Positions 24,621 through 34,146 of a stretch of 35,647 bases of DNA are shown here, one piece after another. The notes under the pieces are model-generated. The model was given only the letters and a program-made list of their open reading frames with translations. It did no database searches and was not told the origin of the DNA. Both the position numbers and the translations under genes were made by a program. Position 1 is the stretch's first letter, and each line of letters starts with the position of its first letter. This DNA is from a virus, in IMG/VR virus record IMGVR_UViG_3300045988_088582, positions 1 to 35,647 of that record; one strand, written 5' to 3'.

Positions 24621-25118
24621 ATGATCATCAACGGCATTGACTTTGATTTTTCCACCCTGAACGCCAACGACGTGGATCGGATGCTGGCTGCACAGACCCG
24701 GCAGCAGGAACGTGCTCGGACGGAGGGCAGCCGCTACACCCCTGAGAGTGATTACCCTGCCTGGCTGCGCTTCCAGTGCCGCATCTTTATGGACTATCTG
24801 GACGAAGTTCTGGGCGAGGGTGCTTCTGAGAAGCTGGGGCTGGACGGCAGCAACTTCAGTACCTGCCTGACGGTCAGCAAGGCCTTTGCCGAGGCTATGG
24901 CCGCAGAAAAGGCCAGTGTCAGCGCGCTGATCCACCCCACCGAGGAGCGGGCGCAGGTTTCGGCAGCACAGGCCATCCCTGCCCCCATGAACCGTGAGCA
25001 GCGCCGGGCCGCAGTCAAGGCACATCCCGCCGTGGTGGATTTCCGGGCACAGGAAGCGGCAAAGGCCGCCCGCCGTGCCCAGCTGAAGGCAGAGCTTGAG
25101 GCACTGGACAATGCATGA
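24621..25118 (+). CDS. Tail assembly chaperone (putative)
   Basis: Position between the major tail protein and tape-measure genes. ATG at 24621 is preceded by AGGAGG. Confidence 0.6.
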   Translation: MIINGIDFDFSTLNANDVDRMLAAQTRQQERARTEGSRYTPESDYPAWLRFQCRIFMDYLDEVLGEGASEKLGLDGSNFSTCLTVSKAFAEAMAAEKASVSALIHPTEERAQVSAAQAIPAPMNREQRRAAVKAHPAVVDFRAQEAAKAARRAQLKAELEALDNA

Positions 25119-25704
25119 CCTGCTGACGGACACCCTGCCTACCGAGTGGGAGGGCCGCGCCATCGACCCTGACTTCAGGCCCATGGCCTGGCTGCTGATC
25201 CGCACCCGCCGTGTCAAGACCAACGAGGACAGCGCCCGGCTGATTGCATCGGCCATCCCGCTCTTCTTTGTGGAGCCGATTCCGGTGGCGCAATATCCGG
25301 AAGCCTTTGAATCTCTGGTGCGCTTCTGCCAGGGCGGCGGCCCAGAGGACGAGGAACGCACCGGGACTGGCAGCGGCGACCCGCAGGACGAGCCTGTGCT
25401 GGACTACCGGTGCGATGCCGACTACATCGTGGGGGCCTTTCAGCAGGCCTACGGCATCGACCTGACTGCTGACAAGGTGCACTGGTGGCGCTTCAAAGCA
25501 CTGCTGCACGCCCTGCCGCCGGAAACGCCGCTGGGCAAGATCGTGGAGATCCGGGGCAAGGACACCTCCGGTATGGACAGGGCCGACCGAGACTACTACG
25601 AGACCCTGAAAGAGCGCTTCGCCCTGCCGGATGGGCTGAAGGGGGTGAAGCGGAACGAGACCCTGCAAGAGCACGAGGACGCTTTCCTCGACCGCTTCGG
25701 CTGA
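25111..25704 (+). CDS. Phage Gp15-like tail assembly protein
   Basis: DYRCDADYIVGAFQQAYGIDL...VHWWRFKALLHALPPETPLGKIVEIRG matches the Phage_Gp15 pattern. Its own ATG at 25111 overlaps the upstream gene by 8 nt. Confidence 0.7.
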   Translation: MHDLLTDTLPTEWEGRAIDPDFRPMAWLLIRTRRVKTNEDSARLIASAIPLFFVEPIPVAQYPEAFESLVRFCQGGGPEDEERTGTGSGDPQDEPVLDYRCDADYIVGAFQQAYGIDLTADKVHWWRFKALLHALPPETPLGKIVEIRGKDTSGMDRADRDYYETLKERFALPDGLKGVKRNETLQEHEDAFLDRFG

Positions 25705-25885
25705 TTCCCGCGCCCCGGTGCCCTGCCCCTTCTGCGGCAGAGCGCTGCCCGTGTGGGCGGCTCCCGAGGCCTGCGCCCACGGTTTGTGGGTAAAATGCAA
25801 AAACCCCGCATGTAAGCGGGAGGTAGAAATCAAGTTATAGCAGCCTGTGCCCCTGTGCCCGCGCTCCGATTGAGAGGTGGACACA

Positions 25886-28800
25886 GTGGCATTTGATTTT
25901 AGCGTTACCGGCAACACCAAGTTGGACACCAGCGGCTTCACGCAGGGTGTCAGCAGCATGACCGTCGCCGCCGGAACGCTGATAGCAGACCTGGTAAAGA
26001 CGGCCAGCAGCCAGCTGACGAATCTTGCCCAGAGCACGATCCGGAACGGCTCCGTCTACGAGACATCGCTTGCCAAAGTCGGAACCATCGCCGATCTTGG
26101 CAAGCTTTCGATCCAGAAGCTGGGCAGTCAGATCACGGACATGTCCAACACCATAGGCATTGCGGCCACGGATATTGCTGAGGCTACCTACCAGGCCATC
26201 AGCGCCGGGCAGGACACGGCCAACGCTGTGGAATTTGCAGGCCAGGCAGCGAAACTAGCAACCGCCGGTTTTACCTCCACGACCTCCGCCGTGGATATCC
26301 TGACCACTACCCTGAACGCCTACGGCTTGAGCGCCGACCAGGCGACCCACGTTTCGGATGTGCTGCTGACCACGCAGAACCTTGGCAAGACCAGCGTAGA
26401 CGAACTTTCGTCCAGCATGGGCCGTGTCATCCCGCTGGCTGCTGCTTACAATGTCAGCGTAGAAAACCTGTCCAGTGGTCTGGCCGTGATGACCGCCAAC
26501 GGTATCGCCACTGCCGAGGCGACAACTTACACAAAATCCATGCTGAACGAGCTGGGCGACACCGGGTCCAGCGTCGGCAAGATTTTACAGCAGCAGACCG
26601 GCAAGAGCTTTGCCCAGCTGAGTGCTGACGGCAAGAGCCTGGGCGATGTGCTGCAAGTGCTGTATGACAGCGTGGGTGGTGACAGCACCGCCTTTGCCGG
26701 GCTATGGTCCAGCGTGGAGGCCGGAACCGGCGCTCTTTCGCTGGCATCTGGCGGCGCGGACAAATTCAACGGCGTGCTGGCCCAGATGGTGGACAGTGCC
26801 GGAGCGACCGACACCGCCTACCAGACCATGACTGACACCTTCCAGCACAGCATGGAAAGCCTCCAGACAACGGCAGAGAACCTGAGTATTGACCTGTTCG
26901 AGGCCATGGAGCCGGGCCTGATGGAAGCCGCCAACTGGGGCACCGATTGCCTGAATACCCTGACGAGCGCTCTGAATGAGAGCGGCCCGGCGGCCATGCT
27001 GGACGCAGCCAGCGGAATTCTGGAAGACCTGACCGCAGGTGTTGTTCAGATGATCCCCGGACTGGCATCGGCAGCAACGCAGGTCATCACCAAGCTGGTG
27101 CAGTATCTGGCTGACCATCAGGACGAGATCTTCGATGCCGGCATCCAGCTGCTGAAACAGCTCATCATCGGCATCACCGACAACCTGCCCCAGCTGATCA
27201 CAGCAGCGGCGGAGTTGATTGCCAAGTTCTCTGCCGCACTGATCTCCCATCTGCCAGATCTGCTGAACTGTGGCGCGGCCCTGCTGACCACTCTGGTAGA
27301 CGGCATTCTCCGCAGCATCGAGAACCTGGGCGAAGCCGCCATTGCCTGCATCGCCAAGCTCACCGGCGTGTGGGACGGCAGTATGGATGAGTGGGGCCAC
27401 ATCGGCGAGAACATCGTCACCGGCCTGCTGAACGGCATCACCGGGATGTGGGACACGCTGGTGTCCACAGTCAAGGGCAAAGTCAACGGCATGGTGAGCA
27501 CCGTCAAGAACGTGCTGGGCATCCACTCGCCCTCGAAGGTGTTCACCGAGATCGGCGAGAACGTCACGCAGGGCCTTGTCAACGGCATCAACACCGGTGT
27601 ACCGGCGGCAGAGCAGGCCATCCAGAACATTGCCCAGACCCTCTCCACCTACGGGCCGGATTTTGCTACCGTAGGAGCTACCATCACGGAGCAGTTCCGC
27701 ACCAAGCTGGACGAGGGATGGGCGCAGATCCAGGCTGACATCCAGACGGATGCGCTGGGGGCCATCGAGACGCTGGCAACGGCCCTCAAGGATGGCGACC
27801 TCGAGAGCCTGGGTCTGTGGGCGGCCAGCTACTTCTGGCAGGCCTGCACCAAGGAGCAGCAGACCCAGATTCAGGCCGTAGCCATGGGGGCCCTGAACCA
27901 GCTGGGCAGCGCCCTTTCCGGCGTGTTCGGGAACCTGAGCCAAATGGCCATGGGTCTGGTGGCGCAGTTCGTGCCCGCCGCAGCCAGCGCAACCACGAGC
28001 CAGATCGCCCTGAACACCGCCATGGACGCAAACCCCATCCTCTTCGTCATCTCCCTCATCGGGATGTTGGTGGGTGCCCTGTTGAGCTTTTCCGGCAAAA
28101 ACGCGGATGTGGCCAACGCTTTCCAGAATGTCTGGGCGGGCGTTGAGGACTTTATGAGCTACATCTTCGAGGGCCTGATGCGCATCGTGGCGGCGGGCAT
28201 CGAGGGCTTTGTCATCCTCATCAACGGCCTCATCGGCCTGTATAACTCCGTGGCGTGGCTCTGGGGCGACCATGTGGATTACATCAGCAATCCAGCCTGG
28301 AACTTTGCCAACCAAATTGCCGCCGACCGCAAGGCCCGGCAGGCCGAGCGAAAAAAGCAGCAGGAAGCTGCCAACAACCCCAGCAGCTCCGGCACTTCCA
28401 CCAACTCCCAGAAGGTCATCGAGAGCATGACCGACACCAGCAAGACCACCAGAGCAGACGGCAGCACCGTGACCACCAAGGTGCTCACCGAGAAGCTGCA
28501 GGATGAGACCGGCAAGATCACCCAGCGGGTGACCAAGACCGTCACCGAGGCAGGTACCAAACTGGTGGACGGCGTGGAGCGCTCCTACAAGACCGTGACC
28601 ACCTATGTGGACGGCATCCAGACCAAGGTGGAGCGCAGTCTGGATGACATCACCAAGACCACCACAGGCACAAACACCGGCTCCACCACACCGACGGCCC
28701 CCACCCCGGACAAAGACCTGACCGACGCTGTGGAGGCCAACACCGAGGCCCTGCTGGCCGCAAACAGCAAGTTGGCCGAGATGGTACGGCAGGCCAATTC

Positions 28801-29002
28801 TCTGGTGTTGTCGGACAACATGGCCATCTCCCGCAGTGTGGCCGCTTCCGGCACGGCACAGGTGGCCGCAGCCGCCAACAACTACCACCGGGAGGGCGAC
28901 ACCAACATCACCCAAAATATTTACAGCAAGGCCCAGACGGCGGCAGACCTTCAGCGGGAAGCACGCTGGGAAGCCGACCGGGCCAAGGCCCAGAAACGAT
29001 GA
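25886..29002 (+). CDS. Tail tape measure protein (TP901-type core)
   Basis: More than 1000 aa. IGIAATDIAEATYQAISAGQD..AAKLATAGF..AVDILTTTLNAYGL is the TMP core. GTG at 25886 is 8 nt after GAGAGG; the track start GTG at 25877 overlaps the RBS. Confidence 0.9.
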   Translation: MAFDFSVTGNTKLDTSGFTQGVSSMTVAAGTLIADLVKTASSQLTNLAQSTIRNGSVYETSLAKVGTIADLGKLSIQKLGSQITDMSNTIGIAATDIAEATYQAISAGQDTANAVEFAGQAAKLATAGFTSTTSAVDILTTTLNAYGLSADQATHVSDVLLTTQNLGKTSVDELSSSMGRVIPLAAAYNVSVENLSSGLAVMTANGIATAEATTYTKSMLNELGDTGSSVGKILQQQTGKSFAQLSADGKSLGDVLQVLYDSVGGDSTAFAGLWSSVEAGTGALSLASGGADKFNGVLAQMVDSAGATDTAYQTMTDTFQHSMESLQTTAENLSIDLFEAMEPGLMEAANWGTDCLNTLTSALNESGPAAMLDAASGILEDLTAGVVQMIPGLASAATQVITKLVQYLADHQDEIFDAGIQLLKQLIIGITDNLPQLITAAAELIAKFSAALISHLPDLLNCGAALLTTLVDGILRSIENLGEAAIACIAKLTGVWDGSMDEWGHIGENIVTGLLNGITGMWDTLVSTVKGKVNGMVSTVKNVLGIHSPSKVFTEIGENVTQGLVNGINTGVPAAEQAIQNIAQTLSTYGPDFATVGATITEQFRTKLDEGWAQIQADIQTDALGAIETLATALKDGDLESLGLWAASYFWQACTKEQQTQIQAVAMGALNQLGSALSGVFGNLSQMAMGLVAQFVPAAASATTSQIALNTAMDANPILFVISLIGMLVGALLSFSGKNADVANAFQNVWAGVEDFMSYIFEGLMRIVAAGIEGFVILINGLIGLYNSVAWLWGDHVDYISNPAWNFANQIAADRKARQAERKKQQEAANNPSSSGTSTNSQKVIESMTDTSKTTRADGSTVTTKVLTEKLQDETGKITQRVTKTVTEAGTKLVDGVERSYKTVTTYVDGIQTKVERSLDDITKTTTGTNTGSTTPTAPTPDKDLTDAVEANTEALLAANSKLAEMVRQANSLVLSDNMAISRSVAASGTAQVAAAANNYHREGDTNITQNIYSKAQTAADLQREARWEADRAKAQKR

Positions 29003-29017
29003 AAGGAGGGCACCGAG

Positions 29018-29890
29018 ATGCCGTTCAGAAAAGACCATTTGCAGCTGGTCACGGATGCCGGGGCCGCTCTCGACATCGGGTGGGCCTACGGCACGCCCTA
29101 CTCCCTCGACCCCATCAATGGCGTAGACGTGGACGTGCAGACCGCACAGGGCGTGAACCAGGTAGGCGTGAGCGTGGAGCGCCAGAGCGTGGCCGGGGTG
29201 AGCCGTGAGCTCATCATCCACTGCCACAGCTCCCACGGCGATGCGGATGCGGAATTACTGCTGGAAAAGCTGCCCTATTTCACCAGCGGCACAATGTACT
29301 TCGAGGATAAATACTTCTGCCGTTTCGTGCTTTCCAAGACCCCCTACACAAAGAGCATCCACCCCTACCCGGTGTTGGCCTTCATGCTCTTCTGCCCGAA
29401 ACCCTTCTGGTACGACCTGACCGCCCAGAGCTTCTGCATCAACGGCTTTGTGCCCAGCTTCAGGCTGCCGGTCAACTACTCCAAGCCCCACCGGTTCGGT
29501 GTGCGTACCTCTGTCGGCTGGCTGAATGCCTGTAACCCCGGGGCGCTGGCTGTGCCCTTCACGGCCACCCTCAAGAGCGACGGTGCGGTGGTCAACCCCT
29601 GCGTGCTGAACATCATCACGGGCCAGAGCATCCGCATCCTGACCACCCTGACCCCGGGACAGGTCATCGAGATCTACCGCACCACCACCGACAAGCTGGC
29701 CGTCAAGCGGACAGAGGACGGCACAGAAGAGAATATCTTTTCTTTGCTGGATGAAGATTCTGACCTGCTGGAGCTGGCCCCCGGGGACAACCTGCTCAAG
29801 GCCACCGCCGACAGCGGCGAGACCAGCCTGCAGGTGACGGTTCGCTTTTATCCCATGGTTTCGGGCATTCTGCCGGAGGTGATCTCGTGA
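29018..29890 (+). CDS. Distal tail protein (Dit / siphovirus tail component)
   Basis: First gene after the TMP. 290 aa. Assigned by synteny. Confidence 0.7.
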   Translation: MPFRKDHLQLVTDAGAALDIGWAYGTPYSLDPINGVDVDVQTAQGVNQVGVSVERQSVAGVSRELIIHCHSSHGDADAELLLEKLPYFTSGTMYFEDKYFCRFVLSKTPYTKSIHPYPVLAFMLFCPKPFWYDLTAQSFCINGFVPSFRLPVNYSKPHRFGVRTSVGWLNACNPGALAVPFTATLKSDGAVVNPCVLNIITGQSIRILTTLTPGQVIEIYRTTTDKLAVKRTEDGTEENIFSLLDEDSDLLELAPGDNLLKATADSGETSLQVTVRFYPMVSGILPEVIS

Positions 29891-30894
29891 CGCTGGACGT
29901 TTTGGATGAACTGACCCTCGCCCGGCTGGGCCGGGTGGAGGTGTGGGTAAGCCTTTACTGGGACGAGCCCTACAACACCGAGGGCGAGTTCACGTTGGAG
30001 GTGCGCCCCACCGAGGAGAACCTGTCCCTGCTCCGGGAGGGCCGCTGGCTGCGCCGCAATGACAGCGATGTGCCCATGCGCATCTGCCACCGGAGCAACG
30101 AGAATCAGGACAGCAACTTAGTGGTCACCGGCTTCCCGGGGACGTGGATCTTCACCAAGCGGGCCGGTACCAGCATCGTGAAGAACGAGAACGCGGAACA
30201 GGCCATGCGCAGACTGGTCAATGCAATGCAGCCGTGGCCCAAGCTGGAGCTGGGTGCTGCTGTGGGCTTTGACACCACCTACACCGCCCAGACCTCCGGC
30301 GGCAGCATCATGGACTACCTGATGACCATCGGCGCGGCTTGTGATCTGGGCTTCCGGGTGCGGCTGGCAGGCAAGAACGCAGACAAGAAGCTGCTGTTTG
30401 AGGTCTACCGGCCCACCGCCGATCCAAACAACCGTTTTTCCACCAAGTGGGGCAACCTGCAGCAGGCCGCGTGGGCCTTCGGGGATTCCGACTACGCCAA
30501 CGTCGCCGTGGTGCAGGGCGCTGGCGAGGGCGAGAACCGGGCCACCGTCACCGTGGGCTTGACGGATGCCACCGGTGCCGACCGGCGGGAGCTTTACGTC
30601 GATGCCCGGGACGTGCAGCCGGACGAGGAAAAGGGTGAGACCAGCAAGAGCCAAGCCTACCTCGAGCGGCTCATGGCCCGGGGCACCAACAAATTATTGG
30701 AACAGCTCCGCACCGGCTCCATTGAGTTGACCATCGATGCCGAAGGGCTCTCCCCCGGGGATGTGGCCTACTGCACCATCCCGGAGCTGGGCTACAAGGC
30801 CACCGTCCGGGTGGCCGATGTCATTACCCAAAGCCAGAGCGACAGCACCACCCGCACCGTGCGGCTGGGCACGCCGGTCTGGCGCAAGCTGTAA
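29887..30894 (+). CDS. Siphovirus ReqiPepy6 Gp37-like tail/baseplate protein
   Basis: N-terminus LDVLDELTLARLGRVEVWVSLYWDEPYNTEGEFTLEV fits the Sipho_Gp37 pattern. Coupled to dit. Confidence 0.65.
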   Translation: MTLDVLDELTLARLGRVEVWVSLYWDEPYNTEGEFTLEVRPTEENLSLLREGRWLRRNDSDVPMRICHRSNENQDSNLVVTGFPGTWIFTKRAGTSIVKNENAEQAMRRLVNAMQPWPKLELGAAVGFDTTYTAQTSGGSIMDYLMTIGAACDLGFRVRLAGKNADKKLLFEVYRPTADPNNRFSTKWGNLQQAAWAFGDSDYANVAVVQGAGEGENRATVTVGLTDATGADRRELYVDARDVQPDEEKGETSKSQAYLERLMARGTNKLLEQLRTGSIELTIDAEGLSPGDVAYCTIPELGYKATVRVADVITQSQSDSTTRTVRLGTPVWRKL

Positions 30895-30915
30895 GGACTG
30901 TAAGGAGATGATCTT

Positions 30916-32547
30916 TTGAGCAAAATCGTTTTATACCCTGCAAACGGGTTCGACTTCGATGCCGCAGACGTGGCGGCCTACCTTGCGGGCCTCACCTCGG
31001 GTGTGTTCAGCGGAGCTGAGGACTTCCCGGTGACAGCCGCAGGCGGGCTGACAGTCATCGTGGGGGCGGGCCGTGGCTGGGTGCACCCCAGCCGATTCAC
31101 CGGCTACTCCATCACCAAGCGGGAGGCCGACACCCTGACCCTGCCGCTGGCCGACCCGTCTCTCCCCCGCATCGACCGCATCGTCATGCGCTATGATGCC
31201 GGTGCCAGAGCCGCCAGCCTGCAGGTGCTGCAGGGCACGGCATCCAGCACACCCACGGCCCCGGCCATCTCCCGCACCGAGCTGATCTACGACCTCTGCC
31301 TTGCCGAGATCACCCGCCCGGCAGGCTCCACCAGCATCTCTACGGGCCAGATCACCGACACCCGGCTGGACGAGGCGCTCTGCGGCATCGTGCGGGACGG
31401 TGTGACCGGCATCCCCACCGACGAGCTGCTGGCCGCTGCCCGGGAGCGCATCGCCACGCTGGAGGAGAACGCCAGCAACAGTGCTGCCGCCGCCAAGGAC
31501 AGCGCGGAGGCAGCCAAGAGCAGCGAGACCAAGTCCGCCGCCAGCGAGAAGAATGCCAAGACCAGCGAGACCGCCGCCCAGCAGGCCCTGCAGGACACGG
31601 AGACGGAGCACACCGCCGCCTTGCAGGACATCGCACGGGCCCGCACCACGGCCCTGAACGACGTGGCAGCTTCCACCAAAACGGCCACCGCTGCGGCAAA
31701 CACTGCCACCCAGCAGGCCACCGCCGCTGCGGGGAGCGCTTCCACCGCCGCCACCAAGGCCGGGGAAGCAGAGAAGAGCAAGACGGCAGCGGCTACCTCT
31801 GCTACCAATGCCAAAGCCAGTGAGGAAGCATCCAAGAACTGGGCGGAGGAAGCTAAAAAGGCGGCAAACACCGACACGACCGTCTCCATCAAAGGGGCCC
31901 CCGCTGATGCTGCGGCGACCCGGGCGCTGATCGAAGAATCCCTTGCCGCTCAGCGTGAGGAGGATTACGCCAGAATCAAATTCTGGGCCAGCAACGACCC
32001 CACCAGCCCGGCAAGCTTTATCGGCGGCACATGGGAGCGCATTGAGGGCGAGTTTATCATGGGCGCTTCCAGTGCCTACCCTGTGGGCACCACCGGCGGC
32101 AGCGCCACCCACACCCAGACTACTGCCGAAATGCCGAGCCATAGCCATAGTGGCAGTACCGGCAGCGCTGGTTCCCACAGCCACAGTGCATCCACCGACA
32201 GCGCAGGCTGGCATAGCCACAGCGGTACGACCAACAGTGCGGGTTCGCATAGCCATAATGTGAATGCTGAGTATAAGAGTGGCGGCGATGATGGCGAATC
32301 GTACCGTATTAGGAACTATGGAGCTTCCTGGGCTAATTATAAATTTACAACCAGTCCTGATGGTTCCCACACCCACAGCTTCAGCACGAACGGCACGGGA
32401 AGCCACAGCCATACCGTGAGCATCGGGGACGCTGGCGCTCACTCTCATACCGTGAGCATCGGCAGCACCGGCAGCGGGCAGGCAATGAGCATCCTGAACC
32501 CTTACTATGCCGTGTACATCTGGGTGCGGCTGGATGATGCCGCATGA
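30916..32547 (+). CDS. Tail fibre / receptor-binding protein with an Ala-rich coiled coil and a collar-type His-rich C-terminus
   Basis: TTG at 30916 is 8 nt after AAGGAG. GGSATHTQTTAEMPSHSH is the tail-collar motif. Seven HxH motifs lie within 32140-32448. Confidence 0.8.
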   Translation: MSKIVLYPANGFDFDAADVAAYLAGLTSGVFSGAEDFPVTAAGGLTVIVGAGRGWVHPSRFTGYSITKREADTLTLPLADPSLPRIDRIVMRYDAGARAASLQVLQGTASSTPTAPAISRTELIYDLCLAEITRPAGSTSISTGQITDTRLDEALCGIVRDGVTGIPTDELLAAARERIATLEENASNSAAAAKDSAEAAKSSETKSAASEKNAKTSETAAQQALQDTETEHTAALQDIARARTTALNDVAASTKTATAAANTATQQATAAAGSASTAATKAGEAEKSKTAAATSATNAKASEEASKNWAEEAKKAANTDTTVSIKGAPADAAATRALIEESLAAQREEDYARIKFWASNDPTSPASFIGGTWERIEGEFIMGASSAYPVGTTGGSATHTQTTAEMPSHSHSGSTGSAGSHSHSASTDSAGWHSHSGTTNSAGSHSHNVNAEYKSGGDDGESYRIRNYGASWANYKFTTSPDGSHTHSFSTNGTGSHSHTVSIGDAGAHSHTVSIGSTGSGQAMSILNPYYAVYIWVRLDDAA

Positions 32548-32558
32548 AAGGAGCGCAC

Positions 32559-33011
32559 ATGAAAATTATTGACGAGACTGGCATTGTGCTGACCACTGAG
32601 CCGGATCTGGAAGCGGGCTATCTGGTGGAAGATGTTGAAGTTGTTCACCATGATGCCGTAGAGGGCACAGCTCCGCAGTGGCACAGAGAGACCGCAAAGC
32701 TGCCGGACGGCTCTCCCGCCATCTACTACCGGGATGGTAAAGAGATTGGCCGGGACATGGTAAAGGTCATCGATGTGCCCGGTGTTGACCCTCAGCCCGC
32801 CTGGGATGAGGAAGTGCCGGTGATGCGGTACATCCGCTACACCGCCGAAGAGCTGGCTGCACAGGCTGAAGCCAAGAAAAAGGCAGAAGAAGCCGCTGCC
32901 GCCGAAGCGAAGAAAAAGGCAGAGCTGGAAACCGTGCCGGGCCGCATGGACGCTCTGGAAGCGGCAAACGACGACCTTGTGCTTATGATGGCCGATTTGA
33001 TTGGAGGTTAA
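32559..33011 (+). CDS. Hypothetical tail-fibre-associated protein (XkdW-position)
   Basis: ATG at 32559 is preceded by AAAGGAG. 150 aa with a K/A/E-rich coiled-coil tail. Confidence 0.55.
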   Translation: MKIIDETGIVLTTEPDLEAGYLVEDVEVVHHDAVEGTAPQWHRETAKLPDGSPAIYYRDGKEIGRDMVKVIDVPGVDPQPAWDEEVPVMRYIRYTAEELAAQAEAKKKAEEAAAAEAKKKAELETVPGRMDALEAANDDLVLMMADLIGG

Positions 33012-33015
33012 AACT

Positions 33016-33201
33016 ATGAAAACGCTGAACAACCTGAAACTCCGCATCATGGTGCGGGCATTCCGCATCCGGCTGAACAACGGCGAAGCCTTTGAGGCAA
33101 TCGCAGCGGATTACCCTGCCCTGACCGCTGACGACCTGGAAGCTATCCACGTCCAGCTGACCGAGAAGGAGGCGCAGAGCAATGCCCAGAACCATACTTG
33201 A
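33016..33201 (+). CDS. Small hypothetical protein (XkdX-position)
   Basis: ATG at 33016 is 7 nt after GGAGGT. 61 aa. Overlaps the endolysin start by 20 nt. Confidence 0.5.
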   Translation: MKTLNNLKLRIMVRAFRIRLNNGEAFEAIAADYPALTADDLEAIHVQLTEKEAQSNAQNHT

Positions 33202-33835
33202 CGTTTCCCGCTGGCAGGGCCGCATTGACTGGGACAAGGTCAAGGCAAGCGGCCTTGTCTCCGGCGTGATGATCCGGGCCATGGGCAACAGCAAAGAGGG
33301 CAAGCCCAGCAAACCCTACATCGACCCCTTCTTTGCCCGCAACTACGCCGAGTGCACCCGACTGGGCATCCCGGTGGGCGTGTACGGCTACTTCAAGGCA
33401 ACCACCAAGGCACAGGCCGACAAGGAGCTGGCCCTGTTCAAGAAGGCGCTGGGCGGCAGAACGTTCCAGCTGCCGGTGGCCGTGGACATCGAGGACAAGC
33501 TGCAGGAGGCCCTGAGCAAGGCCACCCTGACTGACATCGTGGCCCACTGCCTGAGCGTGGTGGAGAGCTGGGGCGTGTACGCCATGCTCTACACCGGCCT
33601 GAACTTCGGGCAGACCAACCTTTACATGGGCGGCGCGGCCCTCAAGCCCTACGACGTATGGCTGGCAGCCTATCGCACCAAGAAGCCCGCCCCCGGCTGG
33701 CCCTTTGGGATGTGGCAGTACACCAGCAGCGGCAAGATCCCCGGCATCGCCAAGGGCGCAGACCTGAGCGTGGCCTACAAGGACTACGCGGGCATCATCC
33801 AGCGGGCCGGACTGACGAAAGTGAGAGGAGCATAA
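33182..33835 (+). CDS. GH25 muramidase endolysin (catalytic domain only)
   Basis: ILDVSRWQGRIDWDKV..GVMIRA...VGVYGYF...VAVDIED carries the GH25 signature motifs. 217 aa, so there is no room for a wall-binding domain. Confidence 0.88.
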   Translation: MPRTILDVSRWQGRIDWDKVKASGLVSGVMIRAMGNSKEGKPSKPYIDPFFARNYAECTRLGIPVGVYGYFKATTKAQADKELALFKKALGGRTFQLPVAVDIEDKLQEALSKATLTDIVAHCLSVVESWGVYAMLYTGLNFGQTNLYMGGAALKPYDVWLAAYRTKKPAPGWPFGMWQYTSSGKIPGIAKGADLSVAYKDYAGIIQRAGLTKVRGA

Positions 33836-33838
33836 GTG

Positions 33839-34141
33839 ATGAGCAAGAAGCTTTTTATCAGCCAGCCTATGAACGGCCTATCGGACGAGCAGGTGCTCCA
33901 GGAGCGTGCCGCAGTGATCGGGAAGGCAAAGGCCGTGTTTGGTGACGATGCGGTTCCTCTGGAAACGTTCTTTGAGGACTTTGGCCCCGATGCGAAGCCG
34001 CTGGATTATCTGGCACGCAGCATCGAGTTTCTGGCTAAGGCTGACGTGGCGGTTTTCGCCCCGGGCTGGGAGTACGCACGCGGCTGCCGCATTGAGCGGC
34101 AGTGCGCCGAGGAATACGGTATTCCGGTAATGGAGGTGTGA
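33839..34141 (+). CDS. DUF4406-like protein (nucleoside 2-deoxyribosyltransferase-like fold family)
   Basis: KLFISQPMNG at the N-terminus and ADVAVFAPGWEYARGCRIERQCAEEYGIPV at the C-terminus match the DUF4406 pattern. Confidence 0.6.
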   Translation: MSKKLFISQPMNGLSDEQVLQERAAVIGKAKAVFGDDAVPLETFFEDFGPDAKPLDYLARSIEFLAKADVAVFAPGWEYARGCRIERQCAEEYGIPVMEV

Positions 34142-34146
34142 GACCG

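Noticed and set aside
24621-25704. Programmed -1 frameshift (G/GT-type) joining the tail chaperone and the downstream ORF
   Set aside because: The downstream frame is +1 relative to the chaperone, not -1. No slippery heptamer is visible near 25080-25118. The downstream Gp15-like gene has its own in-frame ATG at 25111.
26702-29236. 844-aa minus-strand ORF, and similar long antisense ORFs (7914-9230, 10145-11689, 11752-13740, 16965-18530, 18548-19777, 23991-25361, 30931-32448)
   Set aside because: Each mirrors a well-supported plus-strand phage gene with clear family motifs and coupled starts. The translations are G/A/L/V/H/Q/R-rich low-information sequences with no RBS. This is the expected stop-codon-poor antisense frame of high-GC coding DNA.
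31440-31900. Ala/Thr/Ser/Lys-rich repetitive stretch in the tail fibre as a separate repeat element
   Set aside because: It is in-frame coiled-coil/low-complexity shaft sequence of the fibre (AAAKDSAEAAKSSETKSAASEKNAKTSETAAQQ...), not an independent DNA repeat feature.
32131-32470. Repetitive DNA (CACAGCCAT/CATAGCCAT units) as a CRISPR array or a DGR variable region
   Set aside because: The repeats are in-frame codons for HSH motifs inside the tail-fibre gene. There are no spacer-like unique segments of regular length, no cas genes, and no reverse transcriptase or template repeat in the window.
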